A stretch of DNA of 64,000 bases, from IMG/VR virus record IMGVR_UViG_3300033066_002341, positions 938 to 64,937 of that record; one strand, 5' to 3'. This document shows positions 55,562 to 64,000 of the stretch, in pieces. Positions within the stretch are counted from its first letter, which is position 1; each line of letters opens with the position of its first letter. This DNA comes from a virus (lineage: Duplodnaviria; Caudoviricetes). The translations under genes and the position numbers were made by a program. The notes below the pieces were generated by a model. That model saw nothing but the letters and a program-made list of their open reading frames with translations, had not been told where the DNA came from and did not search any database.

Positions 55562-55802
55562 AGAACAAAAAGAAGAAATTGTATCTTATTTGTTAAATTG
55601 CAAAATCATTTATATTTCAAAAGAAATAAGTGCCCAAAAATCAAGCCTTGTGTCGAGGTTAAAAAAACTCCTTGAATTTTGTGATCCTGAAAAATTAAAT
55701 TGGCGAAACTGTGAAATGAATATATTAAACCTTGAAAAACAAAAATTAACCGCTTTCGACTTTATAGATATAACAAATAAACTTTTCACGCGATGGAAAT
55801 AA
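55548..55802 (+). CDS. Early hypothetical protein
   Basis: MALTKEQKEEI; AAGGAG RBS. Confidence 0.65.
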   Translation: MALTKEQKEEIVSYLLNCKIIYISKEISAQKSSLVSRLKKLLEFCDPEKLNWRNCEMNILNLEKQKLTAFDFIDITNKLFTRWK

Positions 55803-55883
55803 GGAAAAGATCGAAAAAACGATGAAATTCACTCCCCATTTATGGCATAATGCCGTCATGTTTTTTAAGAAAAGGAATAGAAG

Positions 55884-56081
55884 ATGAAAGAAAGAATATT
55901 TACTATTGTTGTTATAATCTTACCGCTTCTTATTTTAAGCGGATGCGGTTATGAAAAGATAGATGAAAAATATAGAAAGACAACATTTGTGCCAGAAATG
56001 AAATCTGCCATGCTTCTTGAAGAAATCAGGGATTTAATAAAAGAAATTAGAAATGAATTAAAGGAGATGAATAAAAAATGA
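55884..56081 (+). CDS. Small lipoprotein
   Basis: Basic N-terminus, hydrophobic stretch, canonical lipobox LSG-C, then a coiled coil. Confidence 0.7.
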   Translation: MKERIFTIVVIILPLLILSGCGYEKIDEKYRKTTFVPEMKSAMLLEEIRDLIKEIRNELKEMNKK

Positions 56082-56302
56082 GCGAACAAAACTACCCCGC
56101 TTATGCTGAAAATTTTGAGGGTAAGTATACTTATGAAATTGAGCAGAATCTTTTGCGTACGCTTGAAGAAACTCAAGGGATAGAGCCTCGTTGGAAAGCT
56201 ATTGCTAAAACTCATTTTGAAGAAGGGTTTATGGCTTTTCGTAAGGCTTTTAAAAGTAAGGAGAAGATAATGGAATGCAATGACCGACATAACGAAGAAT
56301 AA
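56078..56302 (+). CDS. Acb2/Tad1-like hairpin protein (putative signalling-nucleotide sponge)
   Basis: LEETQGIEPRWKAIAKTHFEEGFMAFRKAF resembles the RWxAIxKTxxxxGxMA helix of Acb2. Confidence 0.65.
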   Translation: MSEQNYPAYAENFEGKYTYEIEQNLLRTLEETQGIEPRWKAIAKTHFEEGFMAFRKAFKSKEKIMECNDRHNEE

Positions 56303-56307
56303 TAAAA

Positions 56308-56574
56308 ATGGAACAAAAAATGAGCAAAGATAAAATATTTAAATATTCCGAAGAAATGGCAATAATGATGGTTAAAGAATTAGAAAAAGACGAATCTATT
56401 AGTGTCCATGAAATGGCGAATATCTTAGTTAATATAAGTTTTATTATTATAAAGACAACATTTAATATAAGTTGTTGCAGTTTAAAGGTTTTGGACGAAG
56501 CAAAAAAGGAAATTATAGGTGCGATAGAAGACGCTTATAAAGATCGTTACGAAAAATTAAAGAAAATAAATTAG
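56308..56574 (+). CDS. Early hypothetical protein
   Basis: 88-aa ORF, last of the rightward run. Confidence 0.6.
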   Translation: MEQKMSKDKIFKYSEEMAIMMVKELEKDESISVHEMANILVNISFIIIKTTFNISCCSLKVLDEAKKEIIGAIEDAYKDRYEKLKKIN

Positions 56575-56593
56575 ATAAGAAATCCTCAATAAT

Positions 56594-56857
56594 TTATTTT
56601 TTATAATGGGTACAGCAACTTATAATTATAATTTTGTTATTTTCAACTTTATAAATTAGCCGATGTTCTTCATCAATTCGGCGAGACCAACATCCTTGTA
56701 ATTTCCATTTAAGAGGTTCGGGTTTCCCTATCCCCTCATAAGGTGTTCTGGAGCATTCCTGAATGAGCCGATTAATTCTTTTAGCCTGTTTAGAATCATG
56801 TTCTTGCCAATATAGATACTCATTCCAGCCATTAGCAGAAAATTCCAGACTAAACAT
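56594..56857 (-). CDS. yoeB: YoeB/Txe toxin (start reassigned to MFSLEF)
   Basis: WNEYLYWQEHD...KRINRLI...TPYEGIGKPEPLK...WSRRIDEEHRLIY. Confidence 0.95.
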   Translation of the reverse strand: MFSLEFSANGWNEYLYWQEHDSKQAKRINRLIQECSRTPYEGIGKPEPLKWKLQGCWSRRIDEEHRLIYKVENNKIIIISCCTHYKK

Positions 56858-57113
56858 TAAAGTCTTTAATATCTTTTTTAATTGTTTTGCCTGCATTAAC
56901 TTCTTCAATGGCCTTGATCAAACGTGCAGCCGTATGAGGATTCGATAAAAGATAACAAGTTTCTTCAATAGAACGATAATCATCAAGAGACATAAGAACA
57001 GAATTTTTACCTTTGTTACGAGCAACAATCACAGGCTCATGATCTTCATAAACTTTGTCCATGAAAAAATTCAACTTATTCTTAATTTGGTTATAAGTAA
57101 CAGCTTCCATCAT
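56850..57113 (-). CDS. yefM: YefM/Phd antitoxin
   Basis: YNQIKNKLNFFMDKVYEDHEPVIV...VLMSLDDYRSIEETCYLLSNP. Confidence 0.95.
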   Translation of the reverse strand: MMEAVTYNQIKNKLNFFMDKVYEDHEPVIVARNKGKNSVLMSLDDYRSIEETCYLLSNPHTAARLIKAIEEVNAGKTIKKDIKDFNV

Positions 57114-57181
57114 ACTATCCTCATTTCTAATTCTAGAAATATCATAAAAATATTTAGAAAACCATATAATTTATTTTATGG

Positions 57182-57745
57182 TCAATAACTAGGATATAAA
57201 AGCTTTGAAACATCAATAGAAAGCAATGTTAGATTAACAGGAAAGCCAATACCCTTAATAGGAGGTGGTGTTAGAAATCTTTCAATAATAAGAGATGTCC
57301 CTACTAACTTTATTGTTGAATAGTCTAAGGCTTGCCGATTTTCTGATATTAAAATAGGCTTTGCCTTTCTTTTCCCAGAAGTAAAATCGAAGAAATTTAA
57401 GTAAACTTCACTATTATCCTTATGTTGACTTTTAATAAAAATGTTATTATGAGCCATTATAATGTCTTTATCATAAAAAGTATGGCATTTTTCTGCATCG
57501 ATTCTTTTTACTTCTTCTAAAGTTTGGGCATGTAAAAATATTAAAGAGGATTGTCTATCTTCTGGCGCGTCAAAAACGCAGAACAATAAATCTCCGCAAA
57601 CTTTAAAAGGAAGATCAAATCTATTTATAAGTTTTTTCTCAAAAGTAGGACATTCATACTCCTCTTGTTTCAGGGAAGCGTAAGAAGGTATTGTTAATAA
57701 AGTGACAGATAACAAAGAAAGAAAAACAAAATTAATCTTTTTCAT
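57182..57745 (-). CDS. Secreted hypothetical protein (moron)
   Basis: Signal peptide MKKINFVFLSLLSVTLLTIPSYA; AT-rich; opposite strand to the early genes. Confidence 0.75.
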   Translation of the reverse strand: MKKINFVFLSLLSVTLLTIPSYASLKQEEYECPTFEKKLINRFDLPFKVCGDLLFCVFDAPEDRQSSLIFLHAQTLEEVKRIDAEKCHTFYDKDIIMAHNNIFIKSQHKDNSEVYLNFFDFTSGKRKAKPILISENRQALDYSTIKLVGTSLIIERFLTPPPIKGIGFPVNLTLLSIDVSKLLYPSY

Positions 57746-57884
57746 GATATTTTCTATTTTTTATTAAAAGTTAGAATAAATAGCTTGACAGGATTATATG
57801 ATTAAGTCAATATGAACGTGACGTTAAGGAAGATTCAAGTTCCCTAACGCCACTAACACCATTAACTCGCACTAGGAGCTAACA

Positions 57885-58136
57885 ATGCTAAAAAACTCAA
57901 TAGGTCATTTCGACCCACAAATCAAGTCCAATCTTCATTCATCAGCCGACACTGCAACAGAGCAAGTCATGCTTCACAGCTTGAATCGTTTACTGGAATA
58001 TGTTTATCCCCAGACAAGCAATGATTCACGCTATCGGAAAGCACATGGTCTTTTTCTGAAAGAAACTTCCCCCTATTGGGATGACGTTTCCAAAGAAATA
58101 GACGCATCTGTCGAATCTGATTCTTTCAATCAATAG
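57885..58136 (+). CDS. Phage hypothetical protein
   Basis: AGGAG RBS; first gene of the recombination operon. Confidence 0.65.
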   Translation: MLKNSIGHFDPQIKSNLHSSADTATEQVMLHSLNRLLEYVYPQTSNDSRYRKAHGLFLKETSPYWDDVSKEIDASVESDSFNQ

Positions 58137-58167
58137 TTCTCTAGTAAACTTATCAAAGGAGAACGTT

Positions 58168-58386
58168 ATGCAAAAGAACACTCAAACTATGTCTAACATT
58201 TTGGTCATCAATGACTTGATTCCTACGGCCGAACATGTCCCCGACTCTCTCATTCATTGGGAATTTCCTGACGAAGAAGAGCCTTGCGGAAAGTTTCGTT
58301 TAAACCTGGAAACGGGTGGCTTCTTTACCCACAAGACGGACGAGCAGGAATGGCGGGATGATTACACCCACAGCATCAGATTATAG
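58168..58386 (+). CDS. Phage hypothetical protein
   Basis: AAGGAG RBS; 72 aa. Confidence 0.6.
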   Translation: MQKNTQTMSNILVINDLIPTAEHVPDSLIHWEFPDEEEPCGKFRLNLETGGFFTHKTDEQEWRDDYTHSIRL

Positions 58387-58396
58387 GGAGAATGAC

Positions 58397-59296
58397 ATGA
58401 ATTTTACATTAGAACAACTGAAAGAGCGTCAACAAGGCTTGGGAAGTAGCGAGATTGCCTCGGCTATTGGGCTTTCTCCCTGGAAGACGCCTTATGAGCT
58501 TTACATCGAAAAGACCACAGATGATCCATTGCTCATGCAAAAGACTATGAATGCACCTATGGAATGGGGGCATCGACTGGAAAATATCATTGCTCTTAAA
58601 TACCAGGATGAGACGGGATATGCGGTGGTGCCAGGATTTAAATGTCACTACCTTAAATACCCCTTTCTTTATGGCACCCCTGATCGTCTTGTCTATGCAC
58701 GAGACGGGCGTGGGAAGGTATTGAGAGGACTAGAGATCAAAACAGCAGATGCCTTCTGTCGGGAGAAATGGGGAACATCAGGCACCGTGTGGGATGGCGC
58801 AGACATCAACCAATGTCCCGTCCCCTATCATTACTATGTGCAAGTGGTCTCCTATATGGCACTGCTGGGCTTGGAAACTTGGGACTTGGCAGTGCTGATC
58901 GGCGGTAACGATTATCGTGTGTATACCTTTGTGCGAAATCTTGACGTTGAAGGGATGATCTTGGAAGAAACCTGTGCTTTTTGGTACGATTTTGTTGTTG
59001 CCTGCAAGGCGCCCCCGATTGATTTTACATCGGAAAATGTTCAAGCCTTGATTGCCAAAATTAACATTCCCCAGGAAGACATAGAAATAAAACTGGATGG
59101 CGTGTGGTCGCAAAAGGTTCATCAGGTACGCGAGACGAGCGAAATGGCAGCTCTGGCCGCTAAACAGGTCAAGGAGATGAAAGCAGAGCTTCGCCATTTT
59201 ATGGGAGATGCTTCCATTGCCAAGCTTGAGGGCGGTGGCGCAGTTTGTGTCAAGATCGCTAAGGATGGTAGCTCAAGAATGACGTTTAAGATTTAA
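58397..59296 (+). CDS. YqaJ-like exonuclease (start reassigned to MNFTLE)
   Basis: RQQGLGSSEIASAIGLSPWKTPYELY, WGHRLE, GTPDR, LEIKT, YYVQVVSYM. Confidence 0.92.
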   Translation: MNFTLEQLKERQQGLGSSEIASAIGLSPWKTPYELYIEKTTDDPLLMQKTMNAPMEWGHRLENIIALKYQDETGYAVVPGFKCHYLKYPFLYGTPDRLVYARDGRGKVLRGLEIKTADAFCREKWGTSGTVWDGADINQCPVPYHYYVQVVSYMALLGLETWDLAVLIGGNDYRVYTFVRNLDVEGMILEETCAFWYDFVVACKAPPIDFTSENVQALIAKINIPQEDIEIKLDGVWSQKVHQVRETSEMAALAAKQVKEMKAELRHFMGDASIAKLEGGGAVCVKIAKDGSSRMTFKI

Positions 59297-59311
59297 CAGG
59301 AAAGGGATTGA

Positions 59312-60058
59312 ATGATGAATACTCTCAAACTCATAGATCAAGGCTCTCCTCAATTGCCTCAAATATCGGCGATTGAAGAAGCCCTTAAGTTGGCACAATT
59401 TGTTACGAAAGGTGATATTTTTCCTCAATGGAAGGGAAGGACTCACGATGCAGCAGTCGCCATTCTCTTTGGTCAAAGTCTTGGACTGTCGTGGGGCAAT
59501 AGTCTTTTGAACATCGCTGTCATTAACGGACGTCCTACCGTTTACGGAGATGCGCTGCTTGGACTGTGCAAAAAATCTCCTGTATGGGAAGATATTGACG
59601 AAAAGGTCGATGAAAATACTATGGTTGCAACGTGTAAGGTAAAAAGAAAAGGACAAACTCAGCAAGTGCGGACATATTCCATTAAAGATGCTGAACGTGC
59701 AGGTCTCTTGAAAAAAGATAACTGGATCAAAAATACGCCCCGTATGCTTCAAATGCGCGCGCGAGCTTTTGCCTTACGCGATGTTTTCCCTGATATCTTG
59801 CAAGGATTGGGATGTGCCGAAGAAGTTCAGGATTATCCCGATTCTGCAAAGCCTAAAATGGTATCAAAAAGTGATACTAATATTGTATCATTTCCTGCTT
59901 CTGCAACTCTTGAGATGCAACCACAATCTAAAACCTCTCTTAATCTCATGAAGGAACGATTGGACGAACAGCGACAACATCAGAAAGTTAGAGGCATTGA
60001 AGCAGTAGAACGTTTGAAAACCTTAATGCCTGCCTTACAAAACGGAAAGGGAAAGTAA
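59312..60058 (+). CDS. RecT-like single-strand annealing protein
   Basis: AILFGQSLGL...NIAVINGRPTVYGD...WIKNTPRMLQMRARAFALRDVFPDILQG; adjacent to YqaJ. Confidence 0.85.
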   Translation: MMNTLKLIDQGSPQLPQISAIEEALKLAQFVTKGDIFPQWKGRTHDAAVAILFGQSLGLSWGNSLLNIAVINGRPTVYGDALLGLCKKSPVWEDIDEKVDENTMVATCKVKRKGQTQQVRTYSIKDAERAGLLKKDNWIKNTPRMLQMRARAFALRDVFPDILQGLGCAEEVQDYPDSAKPKMVSKSDTNIVSFPASATLEMQPQSKTSLNLMKERLDEQRQHQKVRGIEAVERLKTLMPALQNGKGK

Positions 60059-60260
60059 CATGGAAACACTTATTATTCCCAGGAAGGATATTCGCCAAAT
60101 CTTGATCGATCTCAAGACATTCTTTGATCTAGGTTTATGGGTTTATTTCTTCAATGCTATCGAACAACTAGAAGGAATATTAGAAGACCCCCATGAATAA
60201 TTATTTCGCAGCATGGGCAATGATCTTTCATTGCCCATGATAAAATCAAGGAACATTAAA

Positions 60261-60491
60261 ATGGAAGCTATATCTCATAAAGATCATGAAAAATTAATCA
60301 TGATGAGTTCATCGTGCGGCTATAAAATGATAAAGAATCAATTGAAGCAAATGAACTATTGTGTTAATGAAATTCTGAAAATTATTAATACTGAATACTT
60401 GCCAAAAGATAGATATTCTGCCTTGACCTATGTTTATGACTTTATGGAAGAGCAGAAATTAAAAATTTGGCAATCTAAACAAAAGGGCTAA
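60261..60491 (+). CDS. Phage hypothetical protein
   Basis: Start at MEAISH after an AAGGA RBS; preceded by the perfect hairpin CATGGGCAATGA-TCTT-TCATTGCCCATG (60212-60239). Confidence 0.6.
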   Translation: MEAISHKDHEKLIMMSSSCGYKMIKNQLKQMNYCVNEILKIINTEYLPKDRYSALTYVYDFMEEQKLKIWQSKQKG

Positions 60492-60496
60492 ACTTT

Positions 60497-60892
60497 ATGG
60501 TTACATTGACATTCTTACTTTTGATAACGGTTGTTGTACTTAGCGTTTTTCTGCTTTTTAGGATACTTGATCTTGAAAAAGATCTTACTTTCCTTAATGA
60601 AACTTTAAATGTTAATAACATTTCATTGAAGGAATCCCTCACTACTCTTGAAATCACAGTTAGTAGCCTTTTAAGAGAAAAAGAAGTGCAAAAACAATAT
60701 AGAAAAGGCACTAAAAAACACGAGATTATTTCTTAATATTCAACAAAAGAAAAATTTTACAACAAAGGAACTTATCTCTTCTTTAAAAATCAACAAAAAA
60801 ACGACAGTATTTATGTCAGCAAAATTCTGAATGATCTTATCGAGGAAAATATCATAACAAGAGTGAGTCGTGGGAAATATGCCCTAGTATAA
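60497..60892 (+). pseudogene. Possible frameshifted TM/coiled-coil + winged-HTH gene
   Basis: The ORF stops at 60736, but wHTH-like pieces continue (FTTKELISSL in another frame; SIYVSKILNDLIEENIITRVSRGKY in the original frame). Confidence 0.4.
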
Positions 60893-61024
60893 GAACAAAT
60901 CTAAGATTTGAATTTTGCATATTGACAGATCTTCGTGACTCATCGTAGCGTTATTAAAAATTAAGGGAAGCTCCGCAAAGAAAACTTCCCTTAAAGTCTA
61001 GTCAATTTTATGAAAGGAACATTC

Positions 61025-64000
61025 ATGACTTTGAATGTCATAAATTCCACCTTCACACTAAGGCAAAAGTTTTTGTTTGGCAAGTGTGTTAATCTACACA
61101 CCTTCAAGCGGTTGGTCACGCGCCTTGTTCTTCTGTCCTTCATCCACCAAAACCTTGCCTTTACCACTCAATCCATTATCGAGCTTGACGTTCAAGGTTC
61201 TCAAACATCCCAACGTCTCCATACGATTCTGCCGTCTTACAAGATTACGGATGTGAGTCATGTTGAGATTGATCCAGAGAAGCAGCAGGTCGTGGTTCAT
61301 AAGCTGAACAAGATAGATGACCTTCAGCCAGAAAATGACATTGTTCCCCTCTCTCCTGTCACGACGCCGATCATCCTTCCAAACCATGACGTTCAGAATC
61401 TTCCGTGGGAATTAGAGCCAGAAAAACTGACCCTGTTTATTCTCAACCACACCGCATGGCTCAATCCTTTAGGCCAGGACGGCTATAAGTTGGAGTTTAG
61501 GGGAAGCTTACTGGGTGGTGGTAATAGTGGTTCCACAGGCGGAGGGGGTGGCGGGAGCAGTAATGGCGGAAGTGGAGGTGGTTGTCGCAACGAATCCCGT
61601 GTTGACTGTGACAGCCGTGGCAACTGCTCTCTGACAATAACTCTTTGTATGGGGTCTCCTCCTTCTAATAACAACAACGACCACTCTATTTCAGGCACAT
61701 CTCATCACGGAGGCAATGGCAGCACAGGGGGATACGGCAGCTCCAATTCTTCAGGCGTGTCTTCAGGTCATGGATCGTCTGGAGGTTCTGTAGGCTGCTA
61801 TGTGGCGCCTGACCTTTCTCTTCGCCCCCACTACACAGCCAATCCTCACGCGATTGCCTTGTGGCAACAAAATATTATTCTGAATTCTCCTGGTAATATG
61901 GCTCATTACCTCAAGAAGAACGCCTTTCTTCCTAAAGACTATATCAAAGACAAACTCCTGGATGATGCTTTGCTTCAGGTTGTGCTTGATTATAATTGGG
62001 ATATGTCTTCTCCCATGAAGATCGCTTTGGAGACTTTGTCTTATATAACACGCCAAGATTTAAGAAACATGCTCAACGGCTTAGAGCAAACCCGTGATTA
62101 CACAGTACCTTTAAGCAAGGTCAATGCCCTGAAAAGACTCATGATCATGAGCGATATGTTTATTGAGATGGTCAGCCCTGATGTTTCGGGCGTTGGTCCT
62201 GGCAGTGACTGCTTTAATTGGGGGCAACTCAAAAAGATCAATACGAAGAGCGCGATCACCAAAGTATTGATTCCTCAACTATTTAACAAAGGGATCGACC
62301 TTTTGAAAAACTCTGGGCAGCCTGCTTACAAAGGAAGCAAGTATCTGCTCACTCAGAACAGGAACGGAGAAATTGCTGTTGCCTGTCCTTACAACGGGTT
62401 GGTTTATCCGCTGTTTGCTGAGGATCGTCCTGTAGGAGAGTCTTATCTTCCTCATACCTATAGTTATGATGGTCTCCTCGATCAAGCATTGTGGAAAACA
62501 GTGCATCAGTATGTGAATGGAACGCTTTCCAAGTCTCCTTATAAAACAACATGGAAAGAATACATTTATCACACAGAGCCTGCTTTTTACGTGGTACGAA
62601 CCGCTTTAAAGGAAGCAATCGAACAGGCAGAAAAGTCTAAAGAATATACAAGCCTGACCACAAGGTCTTCTCTTAAAAAACAGCTTGAACAAGCGATTTT
62701 ACATCATATTCTTCTGACGCCTCTTTTTAACCAGGATAGTTCTTTAAACATTACCAAGACCATTGCTCCCATGCTTTTTAATAAGGGCATTGACCTTCTT
62801 CAGTCCTCTCGAATGTCTCTCGTGAAAAATCCTAGCCATTACACGTTAACACCGAACATCAATGGACATTTATCTTCTGTATGTCCATGGAATGGTCTGC
62901 TGTATCCTCTTTTCCCTGATGATCGCACAAACGATAAGGCATTTTTTCCTGCGAGCTATGTGAGAAACGGCTATGAAACGTACCTGGATCATTTTTTCTA
63001 TCAATGGGCAGGAGATGCCTTTAATGGTCAGGAAAAGAGTAATATGCGCTATGTTCTGGTTCCTCTATCTCATCTCTCAAGAGCAGCATTCAAGGATATT
63101 CCTATCAAGCAAGGTGGGTTTCCCTCTCTCAAGGAAAGTTCTGTCCTTCTTCTGGAAATGGCAGGAGACGTGATGTATGGCATGCCTCTCAATGATTTTT
63201 TGGCGAAAGCTCAGCAATTCTTTGACAAGGAGATTCCCTTTAAAAAGGTGAACGATGATGTGCTTGTCCATCAGCATCTCACTCAAAACATGCTTGCCCA
63301 AGAACTCAGAGAAGAGCGTTTAGAGTTAGGAGATCAATACTGGAAAACCATGAGTCCTTTGGCTCAATGGGGCGTGATTGCCAATGTCATGGAAGCCATT
63401 GCCAGTCACTATAAAATTGTGGGTGCTAGCCTAATTGATACAGTCAAGACCAGACAAATGCTGGATGATCTTGGTTTTGAACTGCCTACCTTTAGTCAGG
63501 AGGAGTTAAGAACAAAGATTCTTCCCTGTGAAAAGCTCTATGGCTTCGGTCGACAACTCTGTGAATGGGTCGACTTCAACTTTGAACCTCTCTTTAATGG
63601 GGGATTATTCCTGTTAAGTAAGGGTCAAGGAAAAGGGGTAAAAGTTAACCCAAAGTTAGAGTTGAAACCGAAATATACGCTTCTCAAAAACAATGGTTGG
63701 ATGGTGCCTAATGAGGTGATGGCTAAAATACCTAAAGAATTAGGACAACCGAAACTCGCAGATAAAAATATGGGACTGAGATGGTTTGATAGTAAAGGAG
63801 ATAAAGCTGTCCGAATTATGAAGGGTGATGAAAAATTGCCTTACCCTCACCAACATATTGACTATGTTCAAATTAGAAGCGGTGGAAAGGTTGTTTTAAA
63901 AGATGGTACTAGAATTGAAAAGCCAATTAATGGTGAAGAATTAAGCAAACTTAAAGATGCCCATATTCCTTACGATGAATGGATTAAATGGAAAGGTTGG
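61025..64000 (+). CDS. Polymorphic toxin-like protein, at least 992 aa, 3'-truncated by the window; C-terminal Ntox30-like domain
   Basis: Frame translated by hand with no stop codon to the window end; Gly/Ser linker, a duplicated domain, and tip GLRWFD..AVRIMKG..PHQHIDYV..AHIPYDEWIKWKGW. Confidence 0.75.
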   Translation, partial: MTLNVINSTFTLRQKFLFGKCVNLHTFKRLVTRLVLLSFIHQNLAFTTQSIIELDVQGSQTSQRLHTILPSYKITDVSHVEIDPEKQQVVVHKLNKIDDLQPENDIVPLSPVTTPIILPNHDVQNLPWELEPEKLTLFILNHTAWLNPLGQDGYKLEFRGSLLGGGNSGSTGGGGGGSSNGGSGGGCRNESRVDCDSRGNCSLTITLCMGSPPSNNNNDHSISGTSHHGGNGSTGGYGSSNSSGVSSGHGSSGGSVGCYVAPDLSLRPHYTANPHAIALWQQNIILNSPGNMAHYLKKNAFLPKDYIKDKLLDDALLQVVLDYNWDMSSPMKIALETLSYITRQDLRNMLNGLEQTRDYTVPLSKVNALKRLMIMSDMFIEMVSPDVSGVGPGSDCFNWGQLKKINTKSAITKVLIPQLFNKGIDLLKNSGQPAYKGSKYLLTQNRNGEIAVACPYNGLVYPLFAEDRPVGESYLPHTYSYDGLLDQALWKTVHQYVNGTLSKSPYKTTWKEYIYHTEPAFYVVRTALKEAIEQAEKSKEYTSLTTRSSLKKQLEQAILHHILLTPLFNQDSSLNITKTIAPMLFNKGIDLLQSSRMSLVKNPSHYTLTPNINGHLSSVCPWNGLLYPLFPDDRTNDKAFFPASYVRNGYETYLDHFFYQWAGDAFNGQEKSNMRYVLVPLSHLSRAAFKDIPIKQGGFPSLKESSVLLLEMAGDVMYGMPLNDFLAKAQQFFDKEIPFKKVNDDVLVHQHLTQNMLAQELREERLELGDQYWKTMSPLAQWGVIANVMEAIASHYKIVGASLIDTVKTRQMLDDLGFELPTFSQEELRTKILPCEKLYGFGRQLCEWVDFNFEPLFNGGLFLLSKGQGKGVKVNPKLELKPKYTLLKNNGWMVPNEVMAKIPKELGQPKLADKNMGLRWFDSKGDKAVRIMKGDEKLPYPHQHIDYVQIRSGGKVVLKDGTRIEKPINGEELSKLKDAHIPYDEWIKWKGW

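Larger units (their letters stand above)
3595..60892. mobile_element. Prophage (podovirus-like gene set); boundaries approximate
   Basis: Integrase, primase, terminase, portal, capsid, tail/ejection genes, lysozyme and YqaJ/RecT are all present. No attL/attR repeat pair was found at the ends. Confidence 0.9.

Noticed and set aside
61094-63301. Short minus-strand ORFs listed at the right end
   Set aside because: All lie antisense to, or out of frame within, the uninterrupted 61025-64000 ORF.

Overview
Positions about 3.6-60.9 kb are one large prophage-like region: a P22-like portal, terminase, major capsid protein, tail-tube/adaptor and ejection-type proteins suggest a podovirus-type virion. 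It sits in an AT-rich bacterium that I infer is an intracellular alphaproteobacterium, possibly Holosporales/Rickettsiales-like (GapR homologue, MHS-type MFS transporter, orphan signal-peptide proteins). Left to right: host-like secreted genes; a leftward replication/lysis operon (HTH, primase-helicase, AAA_24 ATPase, SSB-like, RuvC-like, methylase, GH24 lysozyme, GapR); an MFS gene pair; an attP-like site and tyrosine integrase in the middle of the element; a Panacea TA pair; a truncated LysR; the minus-strand virion operon, split by a plus-strand patatin + trimeric-fibre cassette; tRNA-Asn; the terminase; a GGGACA iteron array; a rightward early region (two ArdA-like genes, an Acb2/Tad1-like gene, YefM-YoeB, YqaJ-RecT); and a polymorphic-toxin-like ORF of at least 992 codons that runs off the window end and is absent from the ORF track. 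The best new observations are: (1) a 726-bp transposase-less element with 25-bp inverted repeats and an 8-bp target duplication, carrying a promoter and two passenger genes and inserted into a phage gene; (2) the patatin-fibre cassette; (3) a tandem structured RNA leader upstream of the capsid genes; (4) a tRNA-like element with an expanded anticodon arm. All family calls come from motif recognition by eye; no searches were run.
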